Shown: positions 49,003 through 64,000, counted from the first letter of the stretch. The stretch is DNA of 64,000 nucleotides from Octopus sinensis (GCF_006345805.1 NC_043007.1:15438001-15502000), one strand, 5' to 3'. The notes: generated from the sequence alone by a model not told the origin. Made by a program: numbers and translations.

Positions 49003-50735
49003 TTAAATTTCTTAGCAGCCGACATGCAAAGGATTGACCAAGAGAAGTCCTTGGTCGAAGTGAAACCAAGAAGTAGGATACTGTGGCTTTCTTGATGATC
49101 AAACCCGTCCATATCATCGTAGGGAGGTAATAGCCGCCTACTTAAGTACCAACCACCGTATAAAGAAAGAAAGATATGAGGTAATGTAATCAAAAGGTTG
49201 TTTGCAGATTAGCAAAATGCGGAATAGCAAGGGTTAGAATGCCCTTTAAAATAGGTCTGCTGGATCAGGGATGATTTGACGTTAATCAGCAACAACAAAA
49301 CTATGTGTGTCGTGTCCAGAGTGATAATATTATCATAGAAGGTGAAATTGTTGTTCCCGTCGTTTCGCCCAAGGTCAGCTCAGTTAGAATGCAAGCTTTC
49401 ATGTAGTCTCTCGTCATGTGAAGACGAAGTAAGCAAATGTTCGTATAATCACATTCTATTACCTTGAAAGGAACCCGGAAACACACATTGGTGAATTGTT
49501 AGTGGATTCAGTGCATACAGGAAAAAGACTGAATCGACATGGTTGGAATGCGTTTGACTACGAGTCTGCAGAATGGATGTTGACCTGAGGTTAAAGGACA
49601 ACTAGCACAGCATCAGTAACAGTTATGTTGAGGGGCGCTCGTCAGATCAGTTAAAAGTAAAGTAGGATACTCCATGGAACGTAGCTTAAAGTTTCATCAG
49701 GAAGCTCTTTTTTATCTCTTTCTCACGTACGCACACACACATACACACACAAATATGCACACACGCGCACGCACACACACACACAGATACACACACACAC
49801 GAACACATGTACGTAGAGCAGTGAAGCTGAAGCTGCCTCATTATTTTTGGGTGAAATGCAAAGCTATTTCGTTCGCTCACTGCTTTTACATATCTAGAAT
49901 GACAACGTGCCATTACACCGACATATAATAAGTAGCCCTACAAAGAAGTCCGACTGAATGTGTAAAGATTTCCCTATAGGCTTGTTTGCACCATACGTAT
50001 GCAGTCAACGCAAAATCTGAGTAGGCCACGAGCCTAGTCAAACGGAATCGACAATGAGAAGAAATGAAGGACTAACCATAGGATAATATATTCACATGAC
50101 AAGATGAATATAATAACGTGATTCCGTTCAAATATCTAGCCATTTCTCATTATGTACACCAAAAGGGTCTATCTTACTCTAAATAATAGAAATATGAATA
50201 ATTTTTCTTCCTTTTCCTCTTGAAATCTGACAACATCTTCTGATATGAGAAATCAATAATTGTGATACACTTCAGTAGATATAATTTTATGTCGGCAAAT
50301 AAAACTTATTATATTTCGTAAAGTAATATCGATCTCTAGCATTGGTAGTTAGTTCGAAAATTAATGTTGGAAAAGTGCAGTCTATTAACTGTACCGCGAT
50401 ATAATACTGTTATGTATAGTATTGACCAACATACTTATCCAACCGTCCATCCATCCATCCAAACATACATACATACAAACGGATAAATATATTTTCTTGT
50501 ACTACTACAGCTGTTTCATTAAGAGTTTTTATAACAGTGTAAACATGGTAAAAACAGATATGTACTATGTACAACATCCATATGAATATGAAGTACGTTA
50601 CACAACTCTCAACCAATCAGGCTTACCCTACATATATACCGTTAAAGTTATTTCTGCAGATATTCTATAGCAATTATAGCCAGCATCTATCTATCTATTC
50701 ATTTATCCATCTATCTGTCTGTCTGTCTATATACT

Positions 50736-50797
<62 letters not shown>

Positions 50798-50846
50798 TAA
50801 ATAGATAGATAGATATATAGATATATAGATAAATAGATAGATAGAT

Positions 50847-50895
<49 letters not shown>

Positions 50896-50996
50896 AAGAC
50901 CCTTTTGGTGTATATAATGTGAAATGGCTAGATACTTGAAAGGAAGCAAATTATTATGTTCATTTTGTCATGTGAATATATATAAATATATATATA

Positions 50997-51083
<87 letters not shown>

Positions 51084-51949
51084 CATATACGTATATGTAC
51101 AGAAAGAGATATATTACTATGCGTACGCCAGTAATAAGTATTCATGCCTTTCGTGGACCGTATACAACCTAGCCAATGCTAATCAATTGCAAATCGTTTG
51201 TTCTGATAAATGGCGTGACATAAATCTTCTGTGCTCCCGTCACAAACCGTCAAGAAACGCCTTTGACAAACACATGTACAAATGTAAACAGAAGATCATA
51301 TATTAACGTAATATCTTACGTGCATTTTTTCAAATGATAAGTCAGCTTCTAGAGTAGGTTAATGATTTATGTCTAAGCTCATGATCCCGGAAAACAAAAT
51401 GAGATTCACCAGAATGCTCGTAAGTAGACACACACGCCATATACTGCGACACACATTGATATACACTCACATACACACAAATAAACATATACACATACAC
51501 AAATCAAAGAACGCATACACACACACGCACACACATATACTTACATATACATATATATGCATGTATATGCGTCTATGTACGTTTATAAATTATGTGAGAA
51601 AGAAAAGGGAATTGTCGAGACACTTTATTCAGAACCACTCCGATCGTTTCGACCCATCACGCACCGATACCTTGTAGGTGAGATGTTGAACAAACAGTTG
51701 ATAAGCGTCTCCTCAGGTAACTTTTCAAAAGGTACCTCGGCTTTTATTCGCTGTGTCACTTATTTCTATGAAACTACATAAGGACTCAGAAAAACTTAAG
51801 GACCGCTACAATAAATGTGGGAATCTGAGAAGGGAATATGTAGAAAAAAATTCATGACTGCTCCTCCTGTAGTTTCTTTCATCCAAGGCTGAGACTTTTT
51901 AACTCCTCTCGCTAGTATATGTGTGTATATGTATATAATATATTAATAT

Positions 51950-51990
<41 letters not shown>

Positions 51991-52061
51991 TATAATATAT
52001 ATATATATATATTATATTATATATATATATATATTATATATATGAGGAGGAAGAGGAAGAA

Positions 52062-52390
52062 TCCTTCGGTCATGAATGTCCATGGGATTGCACCTAGAAA
52101 TTTACCCTCCCAGGCGAAAGTCAGGGCAAGATTGTTTGTGTAAGACCAGCAGTCACCCATGCCTACCAGCCTTCCCTCTCCACGCCACCAGTGTTATCCA
52201 AGGGAAAGGCAAGGGCCGATACATCTTGGCACCAGTGATGTCGCAACTGATTACTACAGCTGAGATAACTAGAGCAACGTGAAATAAAGTGTCTTGCTCA
52301 AGAACACTACACACAGCCCGGTCCATGAATCGAACTCACAACCTCACGATCGTAAGCTCTACGCTCTAACAACTGAGCCTACACCTTCAC
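52062..52390 (-). mobile_element. tRNA-derived SINE, family E (D-like centre, distinct tail)
   Basis: Minus-strand GGCTCAGTTGTTAGAGCG A-box, GAGTTCGATTC B-box, GTGTTCTTGAGCAAGACACTTTATTTCACGTTGCTC centre, and a long tail ending CATGACCGAAGGA. Confidence 0.85.
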
Positions 52391-52398
52391 CACCACCC

Positions 52399-52567
<169 letters not shown>

Positions 52568-52577
52568 GTTTTGTGTG

Positions 52578-52890
52578 TATGGTTTGTCTGGAAAGTTCGT
52601 GCCGATTTTTAAGGAAGAAAAAGGTCAATAAATACTTGCCATTACATTTTTAATCAACCAAATATGAACCAATTTAACTTGAAAATATGCTCTTCTCAGA
52701 ATTGAGGTGGTTTCATGGCAAAGAATTCAAGGTATTTTTTACGTCATCCAAGGAATTTAAATTTTCCCATTAAAACTATTCTGCAGAGACCTGAATAAGA
52801 GGAAATCTAAAGGAGCAATATTTGGTGAATATGGAGGGTGGGATAACACATCCCAGCCGAGCTGCAGCAATTTTTGTCTGGTTCCTAAAT
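52578..52890 (-). pseudogene. Mariner transposase C-terminus and 3' end
   Basis: Minus-strand LGWDVLSHPPYSPNIAPLDFLLFRSLQNS, matching the mariner YSPDLAPxD motif. Confidence 0.8.
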
Positions 52891-53012
52891 CATCAAGTGC
52901 CGAAAATGAACTTATATGTACGTATAAATATGCATATATAGTGTATATATATGATATATCTATAAATATATATTTTATACACTACACACACACATACGTA
53001 TATACAAGCTTA

Positions 53013-53304
53013 TCTTTATATATAAAAGTTGTGTGTCTGTCTCCTACGATTTAGATTCCTAACTACTCCCACATTTTGCGGTGCAGTTTAACCAAAAGCG
53101 GGTATCTTATAGTCGTGATTTATATCGAGCCCTTCTGGGTATTAACGTGCGTCTATGATGAGTCTACGATTTAAAAAAAATTTACCATAATTTTTTCCCA
53201 TTTTTAATGCATTTTTTGCTATTATATAGGGGAAGTAACTCTCTAAAAATGCTTATATAGTTATTTCCCTTACAAAGCCGAGCAACGCCGAGCGATACTG
53301 CTAG
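53013..53304 (+). mobile_element. Non-autonomous Helitron, short variant
   Basis: A|TC...CTAG|T, GCCGAGCAACGCCGAG subterminal element; collinear with 26081-26474. Confidence 0.9.
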
Positions 53305-53847
53305 TTTATAAATAAATTATTAATATATACGTGTGTCTATGTGTGTTTGTGGGTGTATGTGTGTGTGAGTATGCCCGTGTGTATGAAAGCAAAACGTTTC
53401 AGATAAAATACGTGCTTTCACCTTGTACACCGACGTGTCATTACTTCTTACGATATTCACTCCTTCCCAGGTGTCTTCTGACACTTATCCTTGATTTCTG
53501 TATCTTATATGATAAAACTGGAGAATAGAAAATAATGCTTCGAAAACAAATGGCCAACAACTAGCATAAGAAATATAATAACAATCGAGAAAAATGGCCA
53601 CGAGTTATTTAGCCTGATGGTTCGACATTTTGATATCTTTATTTCATTGTTATGTTTGAGATATCTTTGTGTGTGTCATTGCTTCCTTTTGCTTACACTC
53701 CCCGGTTTCCACTCGTCTATAATGATATCTTTCTTGATGGCATCTGACATTTATGTCTTTCCTCAATTTCGATGTGATATATTTTTTCATAATCATCGAA
53801 TGGCCATATTCCATTTTTTTTATATAAATAAATATGTACAGATATAT

Positions 53848-53900
<53 letters not shown>

Positions 53901-53940
53901 AGCACCCACACACATACATACACATATATATTTATAGATC

Positions 53941-53981
<41 letters not shown>

Positions 53982-54093
53982 CTATATGCATTCATATGTA
54001 TGCATATATATACATATATGTATGTACATTCATACATATATATATACGATATAGTGTATTTTGTTATATATATATACATACACATACATATAA

Positions 54094-54136
<43 letters not shown>

Positions 54137-54709
54137 AATATATATATTATATATATAGCATATGTATATACATACTTATACATATGTATATTTATTTCTA
54201 TAAAACACACATACACACATATATCTATATAAATATATATATGTGTGTGTGTGTGTATACTCTCAATAATTGCATGCATATGTACCTATTTTCGCATATA
54301 TATGTAAGAAAAATCCTGTTTCTGCTTAAGCTGCGTACGTTGAGAATTGTATATTTCTGTGTTTTATGAAGGTCTATGTGTAAAACTTATATAATGTCTC
54401 TGTGTGTGTCGTTATCTGTTGCTTTGACTTGCTTTTTGCTTTCATTTTTGTTTGGCTCATATCTAACAGAAAACAACTTGATTCTGTTTTATGAACGATT
54501 TTCTTTTTACAGCATTTGCTGTTTCTCTTATTCATTTATTTTCATCATCTGTCTTTTGTGCGTCGTTATATTTACTTGAAGATTCGAAAGCAAAATTTAT
54601 ATAGGCCATCAATTTGCATTTCATCTCATCGCCAATTTCTACCAAGGGAATGACTTTCAAAGTATCTCCACGGAAAATTTGAAGCTTACACAACACAGAC
54701 ACAGATACA

Positions 54710-54775
<66 letters not shown>

Positions 54776-55574
54776 CTAACACAAACATACACAAACAACC
54801 CTGAATGTATAGCTCGAATTCCACTGTCGTTTATTTATTCTTCATTAACATTTTTATATATTACCGCACCAGCATGTGCACTCAGACACACACACACTTA
54901 CCCGGATACATACACACATAAACATTTATTTATGCTATGCAGCATATAGCATATTATATGTGTAACTCATAACATATATATTTGTGAGTGCATGTATTTA
55001 GCGTACGTATATCTGAGTGCTTGTATGCGTGTATGTTTACTCACACATACACATGCATGCTACCTATGTTTTGATTTAGATGTGCGTTTGTATAATTCTG
55101 TTTAATATGGAGAATGCTTTACGTTATGTATTAAATTCTTATTACATCACTAGAAAACATATGTGTTCTCATACTTTGGCATTTCAGCTTGCCTGCAGAA
55201 ATACGTTCGTAGAGAAAAAAGTAAATAACTGAATCGCCTTTATGTAACAGTTTATTTTACATAATAATGAATCTTATACATAATGATGGTAGCATTGTTG
55301 ATCAGAGGATACCTCGAAGGGTTATGTACACACTGGCCAATTTCTTGAAAGATAATCCAACTACGACGACTCGAATATGTCTGTTTACGGTCAAGTGCAT
55401 ACTTCGGGAAAAAATTTTATGAAAGCAAACAAGAAAAATAAAGAAGAGTATGAATTTTTAAAAACAGTTATAAAGAAAATATACAAACATGTATTGTGGA
55501 AGAATTCGTTTGCCAAAATTAATTTTTCTTTCGAACATATCCAAACTGATTGTGGTTTTGAAGAATGTCCTCCG

Positions 55575-55748
55575 TAGCTTGCTTGCGAACCACATGGTTC
55601 CGGGTTCTGTCCCACTGTGTGGCACTTTGACCAAGTGTCTTCCACTACAGTCTCGGGCCGACCAAATCCTTGCGCGTGGATGTGGTAGACGGAAAATGAA
55701 AGAAGTCCGTCGTATATATATATTAATATATATATTATATATATATAT

Positions 55749-55779
<31 letters not shown>

Positions 55780-56073
55780 CGTGTGTGTGTGTGTATGTGT
55801 GGTGTGTATGGTGTGTTTTATGTGTGTGTGTGTGTGTGCGCGTGTGTGTGTATGTGTGTGTGTGTGTATGTGTCTGTGTTTGTTCACCCTACATCGCTTG
55901 ACAACCGATGCTGGTGTGTTTAAGTCCCCGTAACATTGCGGTTCGGCACAAAGAGACTGATAGAATAAGTACTAGGCTTACAAAAAATAAGTCCTGGGAT
56001 CGATTTGCTCCAATAAACGCGGTGCTCCAGCATGGTCACAGTCACGTGACTGAAACAAGTAAAGAGTAAAAGA
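55575..56073 (+). mobile_element. Family A SINE lacking the first bases of the head
   Basis: GTAGCTTGCTTGCGAACCACATGG through GTAAAGAGTAAAAGAG, with an expanded internal microsatellite. Confidence 0.92.
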
Positions 56074-56136
56074 GATGAATTTATCGTTCGCCGTGGGAGA
56101 TGTTTGTCCGTGGTCGCTCGCCTTGCAAATAATATT

Positions 56137-56525
56137 TTCAATAATAGGCCCAAGACCTGAAATTGTGGGAAGAGGTTAATCGATTTCATCGACCCCAGAA
56201 CTTGATTGGTATTGACTGTATCGACCCGAAAAGAATGAACAACAAAGTTGACCTCAGCATGACTTGATCTCAGAATATAAAACCGGAAGAAATGCCGTTA
56301 AGTATTTTGCCCAAAGGGCTAACTGTTTTACCCTCTCGCCACCTTCAACCTGCAAATAATCGTTTCTACTATGGCAAAAGGCCTGGAATTTGTGGGCAGA
56401 GAGCTAGTCGATTACTTCAACCCCAGTGCTTGACTGGTTCTTATTTTATCACCCCTGAATTGATGAATAAATAAGTCAACCTCAGCAGCCTTGAACTTAG
56501 CAGCCTGAAGAAATATCGCTAGGCA
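56137..56525 (-). mobile_element. Two adjacent degraded C2 SINEs
   Basis: Two tail-domain-B-box blocks at about 56137-56345 and 56361-56525. Confidence 0.7.
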
Positions 56526-56559
56526 TTATATCCTTTATGATATTCTGCTGGTCAAGATT

Positions 56560-58810
56560 AACGTTGGATGCTTCTGTCATTTTTCGTTTGATAAAGGTAG
56601 CTTTGCACATTTATCGAGGCCAAATTGCATCCTGGTGTCATCATTGAATTGTTTAACAATTGCTAATATACCCTGTAGCTATTATTAATTTTTTGCAAAG
56701 AGCAATAAATCATCCATATAAAAGAGACGATTTATCTTTTTATCAAACATTTTATAGCCATATTGTACATCATCGAGCAATTTTGTGAGAAGTATTAAGG
56801 CTAGACAAAAGAGGAGGGTGATAGAGAGTCACCCTGGAAACTGCCACATGAAATTCTTACATCTCCAGCAATGAGAGATTATTGCCACTGTTCAAAGTCA
56901 GTATGGTTCACCAGGATCTCAAACTTACAGACATTTCGGAGAGTAGGTGCTATTTTATACATTTACAGACATTTCTTAATCCAGCTATGTGATAGAATAT
57001 CAAAAGCATTTTATAGTCTACCCAGGCCATCGACAAGTTTTTGCGTCGTTTGTGACAATCTTCCAATCTTATAAATGAGTAATTGATGTTTACCGCCATA
57101 GGACACACGTTTACATACTTTTTGCGCATTAGGGAATATGCCACTTTCTATTTAAAAAAAAACTATAGGTACATTCAGCCAAGACAGATGTTAATAATTT
57201 ATACATTGCTGTTAAGCAGTTTATGGGTCGATAATTTTTTGGTTCATTTGTTTCTTCATTTTTTGGCAGTAGGTTTGCTACACCATTTACTAGCCAAGAG
57301 GGAATCATACTAGGTTGTCGCAAAATATTGATGTAAAGTTTTGATAGCAGTTCATAGCCCTCTAGGAAGGCATTCAACCAGAAGTTAGGAATTTTATCCT
57401 TTACTGGAGACTTCCATTTGCTTGACTTCCGGAGAGCAGATCTTACATTCTCTACCTAGATACCCTTACACTACCTAGATACTCTTACAAGGAGTCTAAG
57501 TCGGTAGATATTCTATCATACCTTGTTATGCGGGCAGAGTTAGCACATACCTTTTGTTTGATAATTTCTATGGTGGTATCGATGCCAAGTATGATTTTCA
57601 TATATTTTTTCTTTAGTTTTCGGTTTCTTGTTGGTTTGATAGCCTTGTCAAAGTTAAGGATTTTTTAAACATTCTAAGTCAGACATAAGTAGCTGAATTT
57701 GATGTTGAGTACGCTCTTACCAAGAAGGTTTTTTGTGGGTATGTTGTCGTTTTCTAATCCTCTCTCCACATAGAATCGTTGAGATTTTCGCGGATGCATC
57801 GTACAGCTGATTGAGATCTGTAATATCAACATCATTAGCTGAAATTATATCCTTAAGTGCAAGACGGATTTTACCAATTACTTTCAGGCCTTGGTTAGAG
57901 TAGCAAATTTTGGGGAGAGTGTCACGTTCATTTATATTGGTTTCTTTCATTTTCAGCCATTCAATCACGATTCGATTTTTTAGACCCTCTAGTTCAGTCG
58001 GGTCAATTTCTGTGGGACTTTCTTCTATTTCATTTTCATCTGCCTCAGAGAGTATTTCACTTTGCTTATCAGTTACATTAAATTTTTCTACCATTACTGC
58101 ATTTTCATCAGATCTGGGCTGGTCTTTAATTATTTCGTCTGTAGTATCTTCTTTAACTGCAACTTTGTTCCCTTTATCCCTTACTGATTGTTTAATTTGG
58201 TCAATTTCTAATTCAGTTAGTAATTTCTATTTCATAATGTTTCTTCTGACGTTGGCAAGTTGTTACTGTCTTTGTAGGATCTTACTTCGAGGATCTTACT
58301 GTCTCCAGCTTAGGTAGGTTTGTTCAGTATTAGATTTATATGTGGGGAAATACATGACATGACAGAAGGCATTAAGAACTTCTTTATTATCTCGGCTAGA
58401 CTTATGTTTTCCTTTTTCTTTCGGTGATTTGAAGATGAGCGTGGATGGCCATCTGTTGGAATATTCCGGTTGTGGGGTACTTCCCTCCCCTGTGCTTCGG
58501 GAAGATTTTTCGTACCTAGTCTGGTTCCTCACTGGTGTATGCGGCCCTTGTTGACTTGGGTCATGGCCGGACTGGTTTGTATTTTGCTTTGTTATCATCG
58601 AGGTATGACAATTTATTTTGGACGTTAAGATTAGGGGACGGATCTCTCTGTTTAGGGCTAATTGTTTTGCGACAACACCGTCTCCGAGTTCTCTGAATGA
58701 AAACATTGCTCGTAATGAAGCTCCTTATGGCTAACGGACCTGTATTCGTCTGTATTGTTTTTGTTGATAGATTTATCTCCGGACATAGATTCTTGTGGTG
58801 TTTTTAAACT
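56560..58810 (-). pseudogene. 5' half of a Dong/R4-type non-LTR retrotransposon (N-terminus to RT)
   Basis: Minus-strand NKEVLNAFCHVMYFP, KKPSW, IPSWLVNGVANLLPK..EPKNYRPINCL..YKLLT, AFDILSHSWI, FQGDSLSP and YMDD (56709-56720); many stops and frameshifts. Confidence 0.88.
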
Positions 58811-59104
58811 TAGGAATTGTTCATTCTGTCTGTGTTAGTTCGAAAAATAAATTTTTTTTTTGCTTCGTTTGTGAAACGTGGTTTCATATGGATGTATGTG
58901 TGTCCTGTAAATTTCACGGAGTTGTGTAAACATTGGGATGCATGTGTACTAAGGGACAAGCTCAACTGGTTAAGGTCAAACAACTGACTAGCAAATCTGT
59001 GGTATTCAGCAGAATATTTGCTGTAGCCCATCTTTTATACCGAGGCAAAACAATGTACATGATAACACTTCCAATCGGTTAAGATCAGAAGCCATGAGAG
59101 CGAC

Positions 59105-59179
59105 TTATTATTATCATTATTATTATTATATTATAGTTATTATTATTATTATTATATTATAGATATATTATTATTATTA

Positions 59180-59222
<43 letters not shown>

Positions 59223-59388
59223 TATTATCATTATTATTATTATATTATTTATTATTAGTATTATTATATTATTATTATTAGATTATTAGTATATTATTAT
59301 ATTATTATATATTAAATTATCTTATTATTATTATAATTATTATTATTATTATTAGTATTAGTATTATTATTATTATATCATTATTATG

Positions 59389-59423
<35 letters not shown>

Positions 59424-59482
59424 CTTATTATTATTATTATAGTATTATTATTATTAGTATTATTATTATCATCATTATTATG

Positions 59483-59514
<32 letters not shown>

Positions 59515-59521
59515 CATTATG

Positions 59522-59564
<43 letters not shown>

Positions 59565-59630
59565 GTAGTAATCATTATTATTATTATTATATTATTATTA
59601 GTATTATTATTAGTATTATTATTATTATTA

Positions 59631-59668
<38 letters not shown>

Positions 59669-59697
59669 TTATCATTATTATTATATTATTAGATATT

Positions 59698-59728
<31 letters not shown>

Positions 59729-59818
59729 TAGTATTATTATTATATTATTTATTATTATCATTATTATTATTATTATTATTATTAGTAGTATTATTATGAT
59801 TATTATTATATTATTATA

Positions 59819-59850
<32 letters not shown>

Positions 59851-60034
59851 TTATTATCATTATTATTATCATTATGATTATTATTATTATATCATTATTA
59901 TTATTATTATTATTATTATAGTATTATTATTATATTATCATTATTATTATTATTATATTATTAGTATTATTATTATTATTATTATTATTATCATTATTAT
60001 TATATTATTATTATTATTTATTATTATTATCATT

Positions 60035-60066
<32 letters not shown>

Positions 60067-60067
60067 G

Positions 60068-60149
<82 letters not shown>

Positions 60150-60159
60150 TATTATTGTG

Positions 60160-60195
<36 letters not shown>

Positions 60196-60228
60196 TATTA
60201 TCATTATTATTATATATTATATTATTAT

Positions 60229-60272
<44 letters not shown>

Positions 60273-60317
60273 GATTATTATTACATTATATTATTATTAT
60301 TATTATTATTATTAGTA

Positions 60318-60363
<46 letters not shown>
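59105..60363. repeat. Interrupted (TAT)n array of about 1.26 kb
   Basis: Directly visible; TAG/CAT variants and phase slips. Confidence 0.95.
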
Positions 60364-60364
<1 letters not shown>

Positions 60365-60640
60365 TCTATGTTTGACTTTTGCTTTATATTTGTACAAGTT
60401 GTCTCCAAGTCTCACCCAGAGACCTCAAGAGACAACAGGTTGGAAGTTCCTGATGTTATGCCTAGTGTGCCATATATTTGGTTTTGTATTTAGTGTTGTA
60501 CTAGTGAATGTGAAAAAAGAAGAAAAAAGCGAAAATTATGTTTGTTTTAAAACTTGAGATTACATAGAAAGTATTTTGCGTAGGATATGAGCAGTTCCCA
60601 TGAGCACTATCTTTTGAATTTCTGCTATTTTGGGGTTTCC
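60364..60640 (-). mobile_element. Dong/R4-type LINE 3' end, copy 1, in (TAA)n
   Basis: Minus-strand NPKIAEIQKIVLMGTAHILRKILSM*, then a 3' UTR with TGAGGTCTCTGGGTGAGACTTG running into (TAA)n. Confidence 0.85.
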
Positions 60641-60676
<36 letters not shown>

Positions 60677-60693
60677 CATCATCAGCATCATCA

Positions 60694-61072
<379 letters not shown>

Positions 61073-61104
61073 TATTATTATTATTATCATCATCATCATC
61101 ATTA

Positions 61105-61153
<49 letters not shown>

Positions 61154-61293
61154 GAAGAAGTCCAATAATGTGACGTTGTAGAAAGAAGATATTTACGTAT
61201 ACTTGGAATTTGTGCTGTCTGTCAACTCACAACAAGGACCTCAGAGAGGAAGCACTTTAAGCATTATGCGTGCATTTCCATTTCCAGTTACTA

Positions 61294-61353
<60 letters not shown>

Positions 61354-61392
61354 TTATTATTATTATTATTACTATTATTATTATTATTATTA

Positions 61393-61458
<66 letters not shown>

Positions 61459-61498
61459 TACTATTAATATATTATTATTATTATTATTATTATTGTTG

Positions 61499-61551
<53 letters not shown>

Positions 61552-62102
61552 TTCGTTTGTCTCTGTTGCATGTATTTCATTGTCTGTTGCTTGCAGGTTG
61601 TTCTAATATATTTAGTGGTGTCACACAAACAAAATATTCCAGCAAAATTTCCCTGCAGAACCAAACAAAGATTTTTATGCCAGCAGCATGTTTACATGTC
61701 TTTCTTCTCTTCTCCGTTACTTCATGTTTTGTGTTGTTTTGTTGTTGCTTTTTGCTATTGTATATTGCGTAGTGTATTGTCAGTTTTTTTTTACTGTAAT
61801 ATAAATAATTGATGATGCCTTCAAGTACTAATTTTTGTACGTAACACATTCTACTGTTTGCTGTTTTCTTGTACGTGTTTCTTTTTTTGGGGTGGGGGGG
61901 GGGCAGTAGTACTGGTTATGGTGGTAATAATAATAATAATAATAATAAAATAATAATAATAATGATAATAATAATAATGAAAATAAAATAAATAATAATA
62001 ATAATAATAATGAAATAATAATAATAATATGATAATAATAATACTAATAATAACAATAATAATAATAATAATATAATAATAATAGTAATAATAATAATAA
62101 TA

Positions 62103-62139
<37 letters not shown>

Positions 62140-62236
62140 AAGAAGAAGAAGAAGAAGAAGAAAAAGAAGTAGAAGAAGAAGAAGAAGAAGAAGAAGAAGA
62201 AGAAGAAGAAGAAGAAGAAGAAGAAGAAGAAGAAGA
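61073..62236. repeat. Blocks of (TAT)n, (ATA)n and (GAA)n separated by short unique spacers
   Basis: Arrays at about 61073-61152, 61290-61550, 61925-62136 and 62137-62236. Confidence 0.9.
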
Positions 62237-62808
62237 GCAGCGACAATACCACAAACAACGCCACAAAAAATCGAACAGCAATTGTTATTGTTGTTGTTGT
62301 TGTCTTTGTGCTATTGATGTGATTCACTTTGGCTCGTAAAAGGTGAGTTATTTTTGTTATAAATGCCTTGTCTGGTTTGATTTTTCGTACGATTTCTCAA
62401 AATGGGCTTTTGCTCTTTTTGTGTGAAGTGGGAGAGAGTAAATGCGGGTCCTAACACACTGCTTTCTTAGAACAAGGTATTCACCATGTTATAAATTGTA
62501 ATGTTTTAAAATCCTGGCAACATCAGAGGTCACACAGACTACACTGTACGAGTTGGTGGAATGAAAAAAAAGATTTCTGTGACTACGAATCTGAATAGCT
62601 GTGGTTCGTTTTTACCTCACGTCTACATCTTGACTAACACATGTAGCAGTTATGGAAAAGCAGGCGACTGCAGGGAGAGAAATAACGACGACACTAATAA
62701 CAACAACAACAACTATAATGAACACAGCAACATCAGCAACAACTGCAACAGCACCAAAACACAAGTATCAATAACAAGAATAGCGACGGATGATACAAGA
62801 ACAGCAGT

Positions 62809-63000
62809 GGAGGCGCAATGGCCCAGTGGTTAGGGTAGTGGACTCGCTGTCATAAGAACGCGGTTTCGATTCCCAGACCGGGCATTCTGAGTGTTTATTG
62901 AGCAAAAACATATAAGTTCCACAAGGATCCGGCGGTGTTATGGTGGTGAACCCCACTGTATTCTTTCACCATAATTTTCTCTCACTCTTTCTACCTACTT
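62809..63000 (+). mobile_element. Family B SINE, 5' half
   Basis: GGAGGCGCAATGGCCCAGTGGTTAGGG head and GTTTCGATTCCCAGACCGGG; the tail is absent. Confidence 0.88.
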
Positions 63001-63282
63001 CTTTCACAAAGCAGAGGAACCATGGTGTAACCCACTATGGTGTGGTAAACTTTCAGACCCTAGTCTAGATTGCGAATCCTCTGTACCTCAGGATGGTTCA
63101 GCTCTCCACCCGTTAAAAGCCACCGTGTACTGAATGAGGATAACAACGTAGCTTTTGCGCCCGTGCAACCGCCAGTCTATCGTGTGTGGTGGGTGGATCT
63201 TCAAGTTGCCACAAGCATTCTTAGTAGCTTAGAGTATGCTTGAATTAGAGATTATTCTTTGTGGCTAATGGCGTGAGTCCTG

Positions 63283-63324
<42 letters not shown>

Positions 63325-63437
63325 GTCGTCATCATCATCATCATCATCATCATCGTCGTCATCATCATCATCACATCATCATCATCATCAACATCATCAT
63401 CATCATCCTCATCATCAACAACAACAACAACAACAGC

Positions 63438-63469
<32 letters not shown>

Positions 63470-63490
63470 CGACAACAGCATCAGCATCTT
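63283..63490. repeat. Compound (CAT)n/(CGT)/(CAA)n microsatellite
   Basis: Directly visible; source of the poly-His ORF. Confidence 0.92.
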
Positions 63491-64000
63491 CATTAGAATC
63501 ATTATGCTAATAACATTATCATAACTATTGATATATATGCATATATAAAGCTACAAGCTGGAATTGATGCTGAAGATGAAACGGAAGAAAAATCCATCGT
63601 CAAGGGCATCGACCCACGAAAGATGCTATCCTCGCATTGGCCTTCTGACACTCAGTCATTTTCAATACCCACATTAAAAGAAAATATTAATTTTTGTTTC
63701 TACTCATACTATTATATATGTAAGCACCACATGAAGTCCTTTTCACTTAATAATGAAAAATGCAATCATAACAAGTTTGCTTTGCCATTACTTTATTCCT
63801 TTCATCTTGTATTTTTATTCAAAGTCAATAAGATTGGCGTTCTTCTGGGGATGTGTAGAGAACGTTTCTCCCGTTACAGTTGAAAACAAGACCGTGAATA
63901 AGGAATTTCAAGATCGTCTTCAGTGTATGCACACAAAGCCTCTTAGGAAGGTTTAAAGCGTATCGCAGCGTGTCTACGAAATCGAAAAGATTCCACCCAT

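Noticed and set aside
48400-49620. Purine-rich stretch that may be an ancient retroelement ORF
   Set aside because: No RT, integrase or endonuclease motif could be read in any frame.
54460-54690. TTTTCTTTTTACAG acceptor, and minus-strand ORF ending KTDDENK
   Set aside because: There is no matching donor, all + frames close quickly, and the minus-strand ORF begins in a TG repeat.
59105-60363. Higher-order or coded structure in the (TAT)n array
   Set aside because: No stable period is visible by eye, and the phase slips may be sequencing or assembly errors.
61591-61772. TTGCAG acceptor followed by a hydrophobic, Cys-rich open frame
   Set aside because: Two frames are open because of T/G low complexity; there is no donor or recognisable domain.
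62337-62348. Strong donor AAG|GTGAGT
   Set aside because: No upstream acceptor or promoter evidence, so it is an isolated signal.

Overview
AT-rich, microsatellite-saturated eukaryotic DNA with no recognisable intact host gene, consistent with intronic or intergenic sequence. The repeat landscape suggests an octopus (cephalopod) genome; this is an inference, not a database result. Nearly all listed ORFs are translations of simple repeats. The real coding traces are dead transposons: a 5'-truncated CR1/L2-group LINE with an open RT frame, Dong/R4-type RLE LINE remnants, a full-length DD36E Tc1-like element, mariner, hAT and RTE fragments. There are also two non-autonomous Helitrons and many copies of at least five tRNA-derived SINE families. 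One strong 35-nt splice-flanked exon candidate lies at 5496-5530. Two themes stand out. (1) Several unrelated short Penelope/retrozyme-like inserts carry minimal type I hammerhead-ribozyme-like motifs, often as inverted pairs. These include a 334-nt tandem monomer and a non-canonical CCGANGA core shared by two families. (2) A Nin/Deu-like SINE occurs as head + 184-bp-unit multimers inside single target-site duplications, and once as a circularly permuted monomer. All alignments were done by eye, and family names come from recalled motifs and need confirmation by search.
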